From positions 1 through 62,301 of the forward strand of contig CAJXVN010000001.1 of the NCBI GenBank assembly GCA_913060775.1: a stretch of 62,301 bases of DNA. The letters are read 5' to 3'. This DNA is from an uncultured Gammaproteobacteria bacterium. GTDB taxonomy: Bacteria; Pseudomonadota; Gammaproteobacteria; Immundisolibacterales; Immundisolibacteraceae. Shown here in pieces: positions 47,389 through 57,105 of this stretch. The position numbers were made by a program, and so were the translations under genes. Each line of letters begins with the position of its first letter. Position 1 is the first letter of the stretch. The notes beneath the pieces are model-generated. The model was not told where the DNA came from. It ran no database searches and saw only the letters and a program-made list of their open reading frames with translations.

Positions 47389-48896
47389 GCCTGCTGCTTG
47401 ACGCCATCAAAAAAGCAGAACAACGTGAGCGTGGTAACGAGACTGAACCTCGCGAGCCTCCTGCCGTGGCTATCGAGGAAAATGAGGACCCGGTAACCTC
47501 GGATACCAGTGACCTTGACCTTGCCATCGACCTGGACCTGCTGGATGACCCGGTAGACCCTGTCGATACCCAGGCTGACGAAGCGGCCGAATCTGACACG
47601 GAAACGGCCACACCCGAGTTGACGATTGACACCGTCGATACGGCGCTCACTCTCGCCATTGAAGAACCGCAAAATGCGCTGGAGAAGGACCCATCGGCAG
47701 ACGCGACGCTCGCCGGTACCCCCCTGGTCGAAGAACCTGAACCTGTACCCGTCGTAGACCCACCGGCTACCAGCGAATCAGTCGCGCTGGAGCCACCTGC
47801 ACCCACCCCTGACCCGATCCCAGAACCTGAGCTGGTCATGCCAATTCCGGCACCGGTGACCCAGGATGAAGAACCTCCCGCATCACGAGAACCCGCCCGG
47901 AAATTTTCACCGGTTTTTTTCCTGGTGTTGCTACTCCTAGGCCTGGGCGGGGTTGGCGTTTATTACTACCTGGCAAGCCTGGGCGACACTCCGCCCACCA
48001 GCACCGCAGAGCACACCACAGTTTTTAGTAACTTTCACCGTCAGAGCGAACCGGCAGTCGGGGCCGATGAACCCGATCCTCAACCCTCGGCGCAGACCAT
48101 CGGCAACACCGTCACAAACACCGCAAACGCAGAACTTGACCAATCTGAGCAGTTAACCCCGGCACCGGCTACGTCGTCCTCGAACCCATTATCCCGAGCC
48201 GACCTGACCAATCCAGACAATCGACTCGACCCGGGCCCTGTAAATACTGCAGCCTTCCAGACCGTCATTCCTGCCGAGTCCATCGTGATAAAGCGCTCGG
48301 TGGCCGCCAACCACGAAACGCTTAAACAGCAGGCGCTCGCAGCGTTTGATTCCGGAGACCTGCAAGCTGCCGAACAGCAGTATTTGCGGTGGAAAAACCT
48401 GCAACCGCAATCCGTGGCCGCCCGTTTCGGACTGGCACGGGTCGCACTAGCGCGGGCCGACGTAACCTCTGCTCGTGCTTATTATCTGGATATTTTGCAG
48501 CTTGAGCCCGATAACACGGCAGCCCAGGCCAGCCTGCTAAATCTGCCCGGTCTGGAAAATCAGGAAAACCTGAGACGGCTACAAGCCCTGCTCGACGCCC
48601 ATCCGCGAAATAGTTACCTCAATTATGTGATGGGTAATTACCAGGCCGGAATTGGTCGCTGGCAGCAAGCCCAACAGCTCTATTTCAACGCACTGTCCGG
48701 TCAAAACGACAACGCGGTATACGCCTTCAACCTGGCGATCGCGCTTGATCAGCTAGGTCAATCCGCGGCGGCGGCGGATCACTACCGCCGGTCTTTAAGG
48801 TTAACCACCGAACCGCTTCCGGCAACGGCTCGACAGCAGGCCGAACAGCGGCTAATCCAGCTCACTCCTAGTACACAGCCGGTAAACCCGAAATGA
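47385..48896 (+). CDS. TPR-repeat pilus biogenesis protein (MshN-like)
   Basis: Short cytoplasmic N-terminus, an acidic Pro-rich linker, one TM helix and C-terminal TPR repeats. Confidence 0.6.
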   Translation: MSLLLDAIKKAEQRERGNETEPREPPAVAIEENEDPVTSDTSDLDLAIDLDLLDDPVDPVDTQADEAAESDTETATPELTIDTVDTALTLAIEEPQNALEKDPSADATLAGTPLVEEPEPVPVVDPPATSESVALEPPAPTPDPIPEPELVMPIPAPVTQDEEPPASREPARKFSPVFFLVLLLLGLGGVGVYYYLASLGDTPPTSTAEHTTVFSNFHRQSEPAVGADEPDPQPSAQTIGNTVTNTANAELDQSEQLTPAPATSSSNPLSRADLTNPDNRLDPGPVNTAAFQTVIPAESIVIKRSVAANHETLKQQALAAFDSGDLQAAEQQYLRWKNLQPQSVAARFGLARVALARADVTSARAYYLDILQLEPDNTAAQASLLNLPGLENQENLRRLQALLDAHPRNSYLNYVMGNYQAGIGRWQQAQQLYFNALSGQNDNAVYAFNLAIALDQLGQSAAAADHYRRSLRLTTEPLPATARQQAEQRLIQLTPSTQPVNPK

Positions 48897-50581
48897 ACAA
48901 ACCATTACCCATTGGCCTTCAACTCCAGCAAAAAGGCCTGGTCACCGAGGATCAGATTCAGATAGCCCTGCTGGAGCAGAAAAAAAACGGTGCCCCGCTG
49001 GCTCGTATTCTGGTTGCGATGGGTTTTATCAGCGATGCTGTCGCCCGTGACGCACTGAGTGAAAGTTTTGGCCAGGAAAGTGTCGACCTCAGCGAACTGG
49101 TACCTGACGAAGAGGCACTGGCCCTGGTGCCGCAGGAGCTGGCACGCCGACACCACCTGTTACCGATTAGCCTTGAGGAAAACGGCACTCAATTAGTCGT
49201 TGCCATGGCCGACACTCATGACATGATCGCTCTGGATCAACTCCAGGCGCTGGTCGGTAACCAAATTGGGGTCAAGCCGGTGATGGCCGGCGAAGGTGAT
49301 CTTGATGCCAATATTGATGATTTCTACGGTTACTCGGTCTCCATAGACGCCATCCTTAAAGAGATCGAAACCGGGACCATGGATCTGTCCTCGATCGAAT
49401 CGATGGGCCTTGAAACCTACGAACAGCCAGTGGTTCGATTGGTTAACGCACTGCTCACCGAAGCCGTCAAACAAAGAGCGTCGGATGTCCATTTTGAGCC
49501 AGAAGCACAGTTCGCTCGTGTCCGTTACCGCATTGACGGGGTACTGCGGCAGATCCGTAGCCTGCACAAAGATTACTGGCCCGCCATGGTGGTCCGGCTA
49601 AAAATCATGTCGGGCATGAACATCGCCGAGAACCGTGCCCCCCAGGATGGCCGTATCAGCCTGCGCTTGCGAGGCCGGCAGGTGGATTTTCGAGTCTCTG
49701 CCCAGCCAACGGTCCACGGCGAAAACATTGTGTTACGCATTCTTGATCGTAACCAGGCTATCGTGCCGCTTGATCATCTTGGACTTTCCGAGACGGCACT
49801 CACTCAATTGCAACTCATGATCGCGCGACCGGAAGGCATCATCCTTGTCACCGGCCCCACTGGCAGCGGCAAAACCACCACCCTCTACTCGGTGCTCAAT
49901 CACATTAATTCTGAGCGCATCAACATCATGACCCTGGAAGACCCGGTGGAGTACCCCCTGAGTCTGATTCGTCAGTCAACCGTCACAGAAGGAAAACTTG
50001 ATTTTGCGGAAGGTATTCGCTCGATGATGCGCCAGGATCCAGACGTCATCCTGGTGGGCGAAATCCGTGACAAGGAAACCGCCGAAATGGCCTTCAGAGC
50101 AGCCATGACCGGCCACCAGGTGCTCTCGACTCTGCACACTAACTCTGCTCTTGGGGCGTTACCTCGTCTGGCGGATATCGGCGTCAGTAATCAGATTATC
50201 GCGGGCAATATTATCGGCATCAGCGCGCAACGATTAGTACGCCATCTCTGCAAGGAGTGCCGTGAAGCCTACCGTCCGGGAGAACTGGAACGGAAACTAC
50301 TCGGCATCACGGATGCCGACATCACCCTGTATCGTGCGGTTGGCTGCGATGCCTGCCAGATGCAGGGCTATAAAGGTCGTTTTTCAGTCACCGAGGTGGT
50401 TCGTTTCGATGACGATCTCGACGAACTACTGCTACAGAATGCTCCCCTCACCGCTATCCGCAATCTGGCAAGGGAAAAAGGCTTTCAAACCCTTGCCGAC
50501 GATGGCACCGCGCGTATCCTCGATGGACAAACCAGTATCGACGAGATCACCCGCGTGATCGATCTCACTCAGCGTCTTTGA
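48893..50581 (+). CDS. GspE/PilB/MshE-family assembly ATPase
   Basis: Walker [12 protein letters not shown], Asp and His boxes, tetracysteine CKEC...CDAC, and an N-terminal MshEN/T2SSE_N-like domain. Confidence 0.9.
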   Translation: MNKPLPIGLQLQQKGLVTEDQIQIALLEQKKNGAPLARILVAMGFISDAVARDALSESFGQESVDLSELVPDEEALALVPQELARRHHLLPISLEENGTQLVVAMADTHDMIALDQLQALVGNQIGVKPVMAGEGDLDANIDDFYGYSVSIDAILKEIETGTMDLSSIESMGLETYEQPVVRLVNALLTEAVKQRASDVHFEPEAQFARVRYRIDGVLRQIRSLHKDYWPAMVVRLKIMSGMNIAENRAPQDGRISLRLRGRQVDFRVSAQPTVHGENIVLRILDRNQAIVPLDHLGLSETALTQLQLMIARPEGIILVTGPTGSGKTTTLYSVLNHINSERINIMTLEDPVEYPLSLIRQSTVTEGKLDFAEGIRSMMRQDPDVILVGEIRDKETAEMAFRAAMTGHQVLSTLHTNSALGALPRLADIGVSNQIIAGNIIGISAQRLVRHLCKECREAYRPGELERKLLGITDADITLYRAVGCDACQMQGYKGRFSVTEVVRFDDDLDELLLQNAPLTAIRNLAREKGFQTLADDGTARILDGQTSIDEITRVIDLTQRL

Positions 50582-50602
50582 TGATCTGGTTAAAAAACAC
50601 CG

Positions 50603-51805
50603 ATGCCCATACTTAATTATGTAGCGATTGATGCCGAAGGCCACCGCCAGAAAGGCAGCCTGAGTGCCGTTAGTGAGCAGGACCTAGAGACCCGATTGAT
50701 GGCGATGAATCTGAGCCTGATTTCCTCGCGGGAACAGAAGCTCGGCAAACGCAGTGGTCGCCGCGGGGTCCGCCGTAAAGATTTGATCAATCTCTGCTTT
50801 CATCTGGAACAGTTGATCCGCGCCGGCGTGCCTCTGCTGGAGGGATTAGAGGACATTCAACAAACCACGGACAACCGGGCGCTAAAAATCATCATTACCT
50901 CGATAATCGCGGACCTGCAGGGAGGAAAACTATTTTCCGAAGCACTGGCCGACTACCCGGAAGTTTTCGACAAGGTGTTTATTACCCTGGTCCAGGCCGG
51001 TGAAACCACCGGCGGACTGGCCGATATTTTTGCCGAATTAACCCGGTCGATTAAATGGCGCGATGAGTTAATCGCCAAAACGAAACAACTGTTAACTTAT
51101 CCGGCCATCGTCTCATTGGTCATGCTCGGGTCGATCAGCTTTATGTTCGGCTATCTGGTTCCACAGCTAGTGGATTTTCTAATCAACATGGGCCAGACGC
51201 TGCCGCTACAGACCCGTGCCCTGATTGCTATTTCGGACTTTTTTGTCGCCTGGTGGTGGGCCCTGTTTGGTTTTCCGCCGCTGTTGATCATCGTTGTTCT
51301 AGTAATCGCCAAACGTAACCCACATCTACGTTACCGCATCGACCAGTTCAAGATATCGGTATGGGTGATTGGCCCGATCCTGTACAAAATCATGCTGGCC
51401 AGAATGAGTAATACCCTCTCGATGATGTATGCGGCGGGCATACCTTTTATCGAATCCATCCGTATGAACCGTGAAATAAGCAACAACCTGGTGATGGAAG
51501 CCGCCCTTGACGAAGTGGCTGATTCCATTTCTCGGGGGACTCAGATCACTACAGCATTCTCTCAGGCAGGCATGTTTTCACCGCTGGTCATTCGCATGTT
51601 AAAAATCGGCGAAACCACCGGCGCCCTGGATCAGTCGCTGAAAAATGTTAGCTATTTTTACGACCGGGAAGTCGATGACGACGTCGGTCGATTGCAGGCC
51701 ATGATCGAGCCAGCCTTAATCGTCATTATGGGGGTAATGCTCGGCTTCGTCATTGTCTCGGTTCTCGGTCCGGTCTATGACATGCTAGGCAAGCTGGATA
51801 TTTAG
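50603..51805 (+). CDS. GspF/PilC/MshG-family platform protein
   Basis: 400 aa with two T2SSF repeats and three TM segments. Confidence 0.9.
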   Translation: MPILNYVAIDAEGHRQKGSLSAVSEQDLETRLMAMNLSLISSREQKLGKRSGRRGVRRKDLINLCFHLEQLIRAGVPLLEGLEDIQQTTDNRALKIIITSIIADLQGGKLFSEALADYPEVFDKVFITLVQAGETTGGLADIFAELTRSIKWRDELIAKTKQLLTYPAIVSLVMLGSISFMFGYLVPQLVDFLINMGQTLPLQTRALIAISDFFVAWWWALFGFPPLLIIVVLVIAKRNPHLRYRIDQFKISVWVIGPILYKIMLARMSNTLSMMYAAGIPFIESIRMNREISNNLVMEAALDEVADSISRGTQITTAFSQAGMFSPLVIRMLKIGETTGALDQSLKNVSYFYDREVDDDVGRLQAMIEPALIVIMGVMLGFVIVSVLGPVYDMLGKLDI

Positions 51806-51809
51806 AATC

Positions 51810-53444
51810 ATGGCCGACCAACTGATACTAATGATCTATCCTCAGAGCGCCTCGATGCAACGCTGGCAGGGGCGACGGTTGCTGGATCAATGGCCGTTGA
51901 CCACCGCTGAACAGAGCCGGGAATCAATCGCCAGCATCATCAAAGACCATGCACAAAGCCCGGTTACGGTTGTGCTGGATACCGCTGACGAGGAAATTCG
52001 CCAGGCTTTGATTCCTAAAATCCTGGGTAATGGCCGCCGCCAACTGCAGAAACGGACCCTGCAACAGGCATTCCCCAATAACGAATATCGCGCCCTTAGC
52101 TCTCAGGGTAGTGTTCGTGGAAAACGCACCGACGAGCGACTACTACTATTAGCAATTACTCACGACGATCTGCTCAACAGCTGGCTAACGTTACTTGCTG
52201 ATGCTCATGCGCTGGTGTGCCGGATCACCACTGCATCAATGCTACTGACAGAGCTGGCCCGGCAGATTGGGGGACAAAACGAGTATGAGCTGCTGGTATA
52301 CCGGCATCCGGAACAGGGATTGCGCCAGCTTTTCCTAAACAATGGACGGCCTGGGCTCAGTCGATTATCGATGCCTACCACTGGGAGCGGAAACATCGTC
52401 GATCAATTTGCCACCGAAGCGGCGAATACCCGTCTGTATCTGAATAACTCCAAAGCCATGCCTCGCGATGCGACTTTGACTGTCCATATCCTCAATCGTG
52501 ATCACATGAACACCGCCTTAAACGCAGCGCTCGCCGATCTGACTCAGGTAGACCTGCAACTGAGCAACCTTAGCGGCCTGGTGAAGCGGTTCTCGTTGAA
52601 GCTCCCGGATATCGAACAATCGGCTGAGCACCTGCTTGGTTCCATAGCCGCTAATTACCCACAGAAACTGATGGATCTGGCGCCTGCAAGTGTGCTCCGA
52701 GAATACAGCCGCTACACCACGGGCCGTTATGCTGTTTACGCTGCAGCAGTCGCCACCGCCGCCATGCTGATGTGGTCGGCGACCGAATTCTTTGCTGTGT
52801 GGGAGATTTCTAATCGGGCTGATGAACAGAAGGAGTTGCTAAGCCGCTGGCAACAACTGGAACAGAATGCCATCGCCGACGCACTGCCCAGTTCGGTTCC
52901 TCCGGCCACCATGAAGCAAGCATCGGAACTTATCGAACAGCTGCGAGAAGAACGTCGCTTTCCAGAACCGGCCCTGAGACAAGTCGCGGCCGCCCTGGCC
53001 GACCACCAACACCTGCGCTACCGAAAAATCGAGTGGGCCGCTCCTGATCAACCGCTCACCCGTTATCAACAGCCAAAGCAGATCGATGACAATATCGACC
53101 AGTTCACCGACTCAATGGAGCCTGAAGGTACACCCGGACCGACCGAGCAGCTGTTTCTGGAATTTCAGATCGAACCCTTCGATGGAGACTATCTGAGCGC
53201 TACTATAGAAGCAGAGAACACCGTAAAAATACTTGCCCAGTTGCCGGGGGCGAGAAGTGCCGAAATGGTCAGTGCACCACTAAACGTTGATTCCCAATCG
53301 GATTTCAGCGAAAACATCGCGTTGGGTGATCAAGCTGAACGGCAAAAACCCCAGGCCCGATTTCAGGTAGTCATCACCCTGGAGAATCCAGCCAATGTCA
53401 CTACCGGTGTTCCTAAAGGCTGGCGCCCGGAGACAATGCCTTGA
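51810..53444 (+). CDS. Hypothetical; PilM/PilN-fusion-like (MshI-like) assembly protein
   Basis: A ~320-aa cytoplasmic domain, one TM helix (YAVYAAAVATAAMLMW), then a coiled coil. The assignment is inferred from position and topology only. Confidence 0.4.
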   Translation: MADQLILMIYPQSASMQRWQGRRLLDQWPLTTAEQSRESIASIIKDHAQSPVTVVLDTADEEIRQALIPKILGNGRRQLQKRTLQQAFPNNEYRALSSQGSVRGKRTDERLLLLAITHDDLLNSWLTLLADAHALVCRITTASMLLTELARQIGGQNEYELLVYRHPEQGLRQLFLNNGRPGLSRLSMPTTGSGNIVDQFATEAANTRLYLNNSKAMPRDATLTVHILNRDHMNTALNAALADLTQVDLQLSNLSGLVKRFSLKLPDIEQSAEHLLGSIAANYPQKLMDLAPASVLREYSRYTTGRYAVYAAAVATAAMLMWSATEFFAVWEISNRADEQKELLSRWQQLEQNAIADALPSSVPPATMKQASELIEQLREERRFPEPALRQVAAALADHQHLRYRKIEWAAPDQPLTRYQQPKQIDDNIDQFTDSMEPEGTPGPTEQLFLEFQIEPFDGDYLSATIEAENTVKILAQLPGARSAEMVSAPLNVDSQSDFSENIALGDQAERQKPQARFQVVITLENPANVTTGVPKGWRPETMP

Positions 53445-54082
53445 GCACCTTTAGCCTCAAACGAGATGATTATCTCGGCCAGGCGCTGATCAAGGCAGCA
53501 ATCATTATCGGCGGCGGCCTGCTAATCGTCGCTCTGGCCTGGCAATTACGCTCAACGGCCGAAACAAAAGAACGGTCGTTTCAGCAACAGATGGATTATC
53601 TTCGCCAGGAGGTAGCGAGAATCCGCCAGGACCGCACCTGGACCGAAACGTACCAGCCCAATTACGAGAAAATGGTCGCTGATGGCCTGATCGGTGAAGA
53701 GAGCCGCCTCGAATGGCGAGCGCTGGTGCTCAACCTGGCGAAACAGCTCAAATTACCAAAAGTCGAAATCACCTTCAGTCCCCGCAAAAATAGAAACGCG
53801 GCGGACGACTTCTTCGACGAACTGGAAGCCCCATCGTCAATCGCCAGTTATGAGTCAAAAATGTCCCTCGATCTAACCCTCTATCACGCGCTGGACCTGC
53901 CACACCTGCTGGAGCAGTTAGATCAGTCAGCGACAGCTATCCTTATGCCCAAACGGTGCTATCTGGCACTCGACAAGGACCCGGTCTACCTGGACGCGGA
54001 ACCGTTAGTTGAATCGAATTGCGACCTTGGCTGGGTGACTGTCCAGCCAACCCCAGCCGCCGAGGCCTCCGGTGTTTATTAA
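53441..54082 (+). CDS. Hypothetical; PilO/MshJ-like bitopic protein
   Basis: An N-terminal TM helix followed by a coiled coil. The TTG start overlaps the upstream stop. Confidence 0.4.
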   Translation: MSTFSLKRDDYLGQALIKAAIIIGGGLLIVALAWQLRSTAETKERSFQQQMDYLRQEVARIRQDRTWTETYQPNYEKMVADGLIGEESRLEWRALVLNLAKQLKLPKVEITFSPRKNRNAADDFFDELEAPSSIASYESKMSLDLTLYHALDLPHLLEQLDQSATAILMPKRCYLALDKDPVYLDAEPLVESNCDLGWVTVQPTPAAEASGVY

Positions 54083-54587
54083 AGGATGGTTACGGCACCT
54101 GCCGGTGATCACACTGGTCGGCCTGCTTTGCTCTCCGCTTCAGGCGGCGAACGATCCGATGGCCCGGCTTTTCTACACCCCACAGGAACGGGCGCGACTG
54201 GATACGATTCGCCTGTCCGGGATGGAAACGCTCCGCTCCACGACCAACCAGGAAAGTATCACTGCTAAAACGGTCACGCTGAGCGGCATCCTTAAAAAGC
54301 GACAGGGCGGGCTACGTGCGTGGGTAAACGGGAAACCTCTGGAGACCAGTGCTACCGACCTTCCGGTGCGGGCGGGCCGTGATCTGACAGAACAAAATCA
54401 ATTGCCTTTATTACTACCCGGGGGATTAACTGCCGATCCAAAAGTGGGGCAGGTGGTCAATTTAATAAACGGCGAGCTGACCGAAAGCTATCAGCAGCCG
54501 CTGGAATCTCCGTCACCAACCGCTGAAACGGTGAGCAGCCCGCCCCTTGACTCAGAGGACGCCTCGGATGGGCGAGTCACTGACTAA
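54072..54587 (+). CDS. Hypothetical secreted protein (PilP/MshK-like position)
   Basis: Signal peptide (VITLVGLLCSPLQAA) and a Ser/Pro-rich C-terminus. GTG start. Confidence 0.35.
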   Translation: MFIKGWLRHLPVITLVGLLCSPLQAANDPMARLFYTPQERARLDTIRLSGMETLRSTTNQESITAKTVTLSGILKKRQGGLRAWVNGKPLETSATDLPVRAGRDLTEQNQLPLLLPGGLTADPKVGQVVNLINGELTESYQQPLESPSPTAETVSSPPLDSEDASDGRVTD

Positions 54588-56049
54588 TTGCCACCGCAAC
54601 CCCTGCAGCAACCATCGCCAGCAGGGGGTAGCGCTAATCCTCATGCTAACGCTCCTGGTACTGGCTGGCCTGGGACTGGTGCTCACCGGTCTGAATCTCT
54701 CCGATGGCCAGGCCGAGCGGGAACAGATCACCACGGCGGCGCTGGCCGAGGCTAAACAGGCGCTGTTAGATCACGGCGTATTTCTTGGCTACGAGAGCAG
54801 CACTGACCCCGGCTATTATTCCTTGCCCTGCCCGGACAGAAGCGTGGACGCAATTGCTGAGGGTGGAGCAGACGGCAGCTGTACGGTGGGACTCGGAAAA
54901 ACGGCCCTTGGCCGACTACCCTGGCGCACCCTGGGGTTGCCGCCAATCATTGATGGTAGCGGGGAGTGTTTATGGTATGTCCTCTCCGGAAACCAGAACA
55001 CTTCAAAACTGGCCAGCAACGGCTCCCTGTTTAATCCCGACAGCAAGGGGCAGCTAGAAATCCGCAATCGATCGAATACGATTCTGGCGGGCAATTCGCC
55101 CGATGAGCGAGCGATCGCCGCGATTATCGCCCCGGGCAGTGCCCTCGCCGGCCAGAATCGCACGGCTCTGCCAAACGGGGTGGATCACTGCGGTGGCAAC
55201 TACACGGCTGACAACTACCTCGACAATACTAATGGAATTGACAACGCCAGCCCCTCAACCATTACCGATGCTGTCACTCAGCTGATCACGACCCATCAGG
55301 CGACGGAAAGCCTGAATGACCGCATAATCTGGATCACCCGTCAGGAGCTGGCAGACGTTTTTAGTCAAAAAGTGAACTATCAGGATAAAAACGGCCGAAC
55401 CTTCAACGACAAAATCGACAACCTCCTTCTTGAGATCGGTATCTGCCTGGCTAATTACGACACCGGCGGATTATCCCGGCTGCCCTGGGCCGCACCGCTC
55501 GCCCTGGCTGACTATCGAGTGGACGCCAACTATGATGACGCACCAAACCAGCTGTTCGGCCGGCTACCGATGAGAATTGATGACAGCAATACCGATAGCG
55601 GCAATGGTGCGGCGGCGAGCTACGTCGAAGATTGCCTGGCAGCCAACCCCAGCACCGAAATAGAGAACTACCGCAAGCATTGGAAGGATCACCTGTATTA
55701 TGCGGTGGCTGGTGATCACGCGGCTGATCAGGTGGCCCTGCCCAACTGCAATACGGGAAACTGCCTGAGCGTCGATGGCAATGGTGATTACGCTGCCATT
55801 ATCCTGTTTGCCGGCCTGCCAGTATCGACCCTCAATCAAATTCGAAACGACGCTTTTCCGGTCGGCGATGTTGATACCAAACAACAGCTGGCCAGCTATC
55901 TTGAAGGCTCAAATCTGGCCAATTTCCCAGACAATAACGGCGACAAAGATTACGCGAATACCGCACTCCCCGGCATTAACGACCGGCTTTTCTGCATCGA
56001 CTCAGCCGATCTACTCAACGGCATCCAGCCGGACGGCGCCTGTGACTAA
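54568..56049 (+). CDS. Large PilX_N-like minor-pilin/pseudopilin-like protein
   Basis: The N-terminus QQGVALILMLTLLVLAGLGLVL resembles the PilX N-terminal domain. It is followed by a ~450-aa Cys-containing extracellular region. The start is uncertain (54547 or 54568). Confidence 0.45.
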   Translation: MGESLTNCHRNPCSNHRQQGVALILMLTLLVLAGLGLVLTGLNLSDGQAEREQITTAALAEAKQALLDHGVFLGYESSTDPGYYSLPCPDRSVDAIAEGGADGSCTVGLGKTALGRLPWRTLGLPPIIDGSGECLWYVLSGNQNTSKLASNGSLFNPDSKGQLEIRNRSNTILAGNSPDERAIAAIIAPGSALAGQNRTALPNGVDHCGGNYTADNYLDNTNGIDNASPSTITDAVTQLITTHQATESLNDRIIWITRQELADVFSQKVNYQDKNGRTFNDKIDNLLLEIGICLANYDTGGLSRLPWAAPLALADYRVDANYDDAPNQLFGRLPMRIDDSNTDSGNGAAASYVEDCLAANPSTEIENYRKHWKDHLYYAVAGDHAADQVALPNCNTGNCLSVDGNGDYAAIILFAGLPVSTLNQIRNDAFPVGDVDTKQQLASYLEGSNLANFPDNNGDKDYANTALPGINDRLFCIDSADLLNGIQPDGACD

Positions 56050-56065
56050 AAGTAAAGATAACGTC

Positions 56066-56785
56066 ATGGAAAATTTCACCGGTAGCGCAGACAACCACGG
56101 CGGCTTTTCATTGATCGAAATAGCCATCGTGTTAGTCATAATTGGTCTAATTCTAGGTGGATTACTGGCCCCATTGAGCACCCAGCAGGAGATCAGTGAT
56201 ATCAAAGAGACCCAGCAAATCCTGGATGAAACTTTAGCCGCGCTATACGGTTATGCCTACAGTAATGGTGGCACGCTACCCTGCCCCGACACGGACGGCG
56301 ACGGCCTCGAAGACAGCGCCGCCAACTGTCCTCGCCGCGAAGGAGACGTTCCCTGGGCAACACTGGGCACACCGAGTGGCGATAGCTTTCGTGGCAATCG
56401 ACTGGGGTACCGAATCGACGCGACCCTGACCAACCATGCCACGATTTTCTGCGATTCGTCGAATCCGGCAACCATGAATATTTGCACCGACAACACCTGC
56501 GGCACCACCCTGACTGGCGCCGCTGCGTTGGTGATCTGGTCCCATGGCAAAAACGGTTTTGGTGCTACTAATGCGCAGGGCGGCACCAACGTAGCCCCGG
56601 TTTCACTCGATGAGAACGTCAACATCCACACGGCCAATGATGCCCTCGCCGCCAACGACAATTTCGTCAAGCGCACCCGTACCGATGCCTCATCAGCGGC
56701 GGGGGAATTCGATGACATGGTCGAATATGTAACCGATGTGCGCCTGTGCGCCAGGATGGTCGAGGCCGGCATTATTGCTCCCTGA
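56066..56785 (+). CDS. Type IV pilin-like protein (prepilin N-terminal methylation domain)
   Basis: MENFTGSADNHGG|FSLIEIAIVLVIIGLILGG. The ORF-track start at 55775 was rejected because it overlaps the upstream gene. Confidence 0.8.
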   Translation: MENFTGSADNHGGFSLIEIAIVLVIIGLILGGLLAPLSTQQEISDIKETQQILDETLAALYGYAYSNGGTLPCPDTDGDGLEDSAANCPRREGDVPWATLGTPSGDSFRGNRLGYRIDATLTNHATIFCDSSNPATMNICTDNTCGTTLTGAAALVIWSHGKNGFGATNAQGGTNVAPVSLDENVNIHTANDALAANDNFVKRTRTDASSAAGEFDDMVEYVTDVRLCARMVEAGIIAP

Positions 56786-56971
56786 TGACTTGCCGATCAG
56801 CCGCCCAAACCGGTTGATACAAGCCGTGACGAATCACCCTTAACCCGTGGTTTCCTGGCAGAGGCTCTTGAATTAGTCCTTTGCCACCACCATCTGGGGT
56901 TAAATAGTCACCCTGTGAATGGCAGCTGGTTGAAGAAAATGTAGCGACCGTTCAGGTATACTGGCGCACGA

Positions 56972-57057
<86 letters not shown>

Positions 57058-57105
57058 GATATCATGTAATCCCCTCCCTAAATTGTCATATGGAAACGCT
57101 AGCCC

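Noticed and set aside
55775-56065. 97-codon upstream extension of the second pilin ORF, and similarly the 30-codon extension of the first pilin (38765-38854) and the 26-codon extension of the ExeA-like gene (44431-44508).
   Set aside because: The extensions overlap upstream genes or the sigma-54 promoter and would bury the class III signal peptide. The internal Met codons give standard prepilin leaders or the standard ExeA N-terminus.
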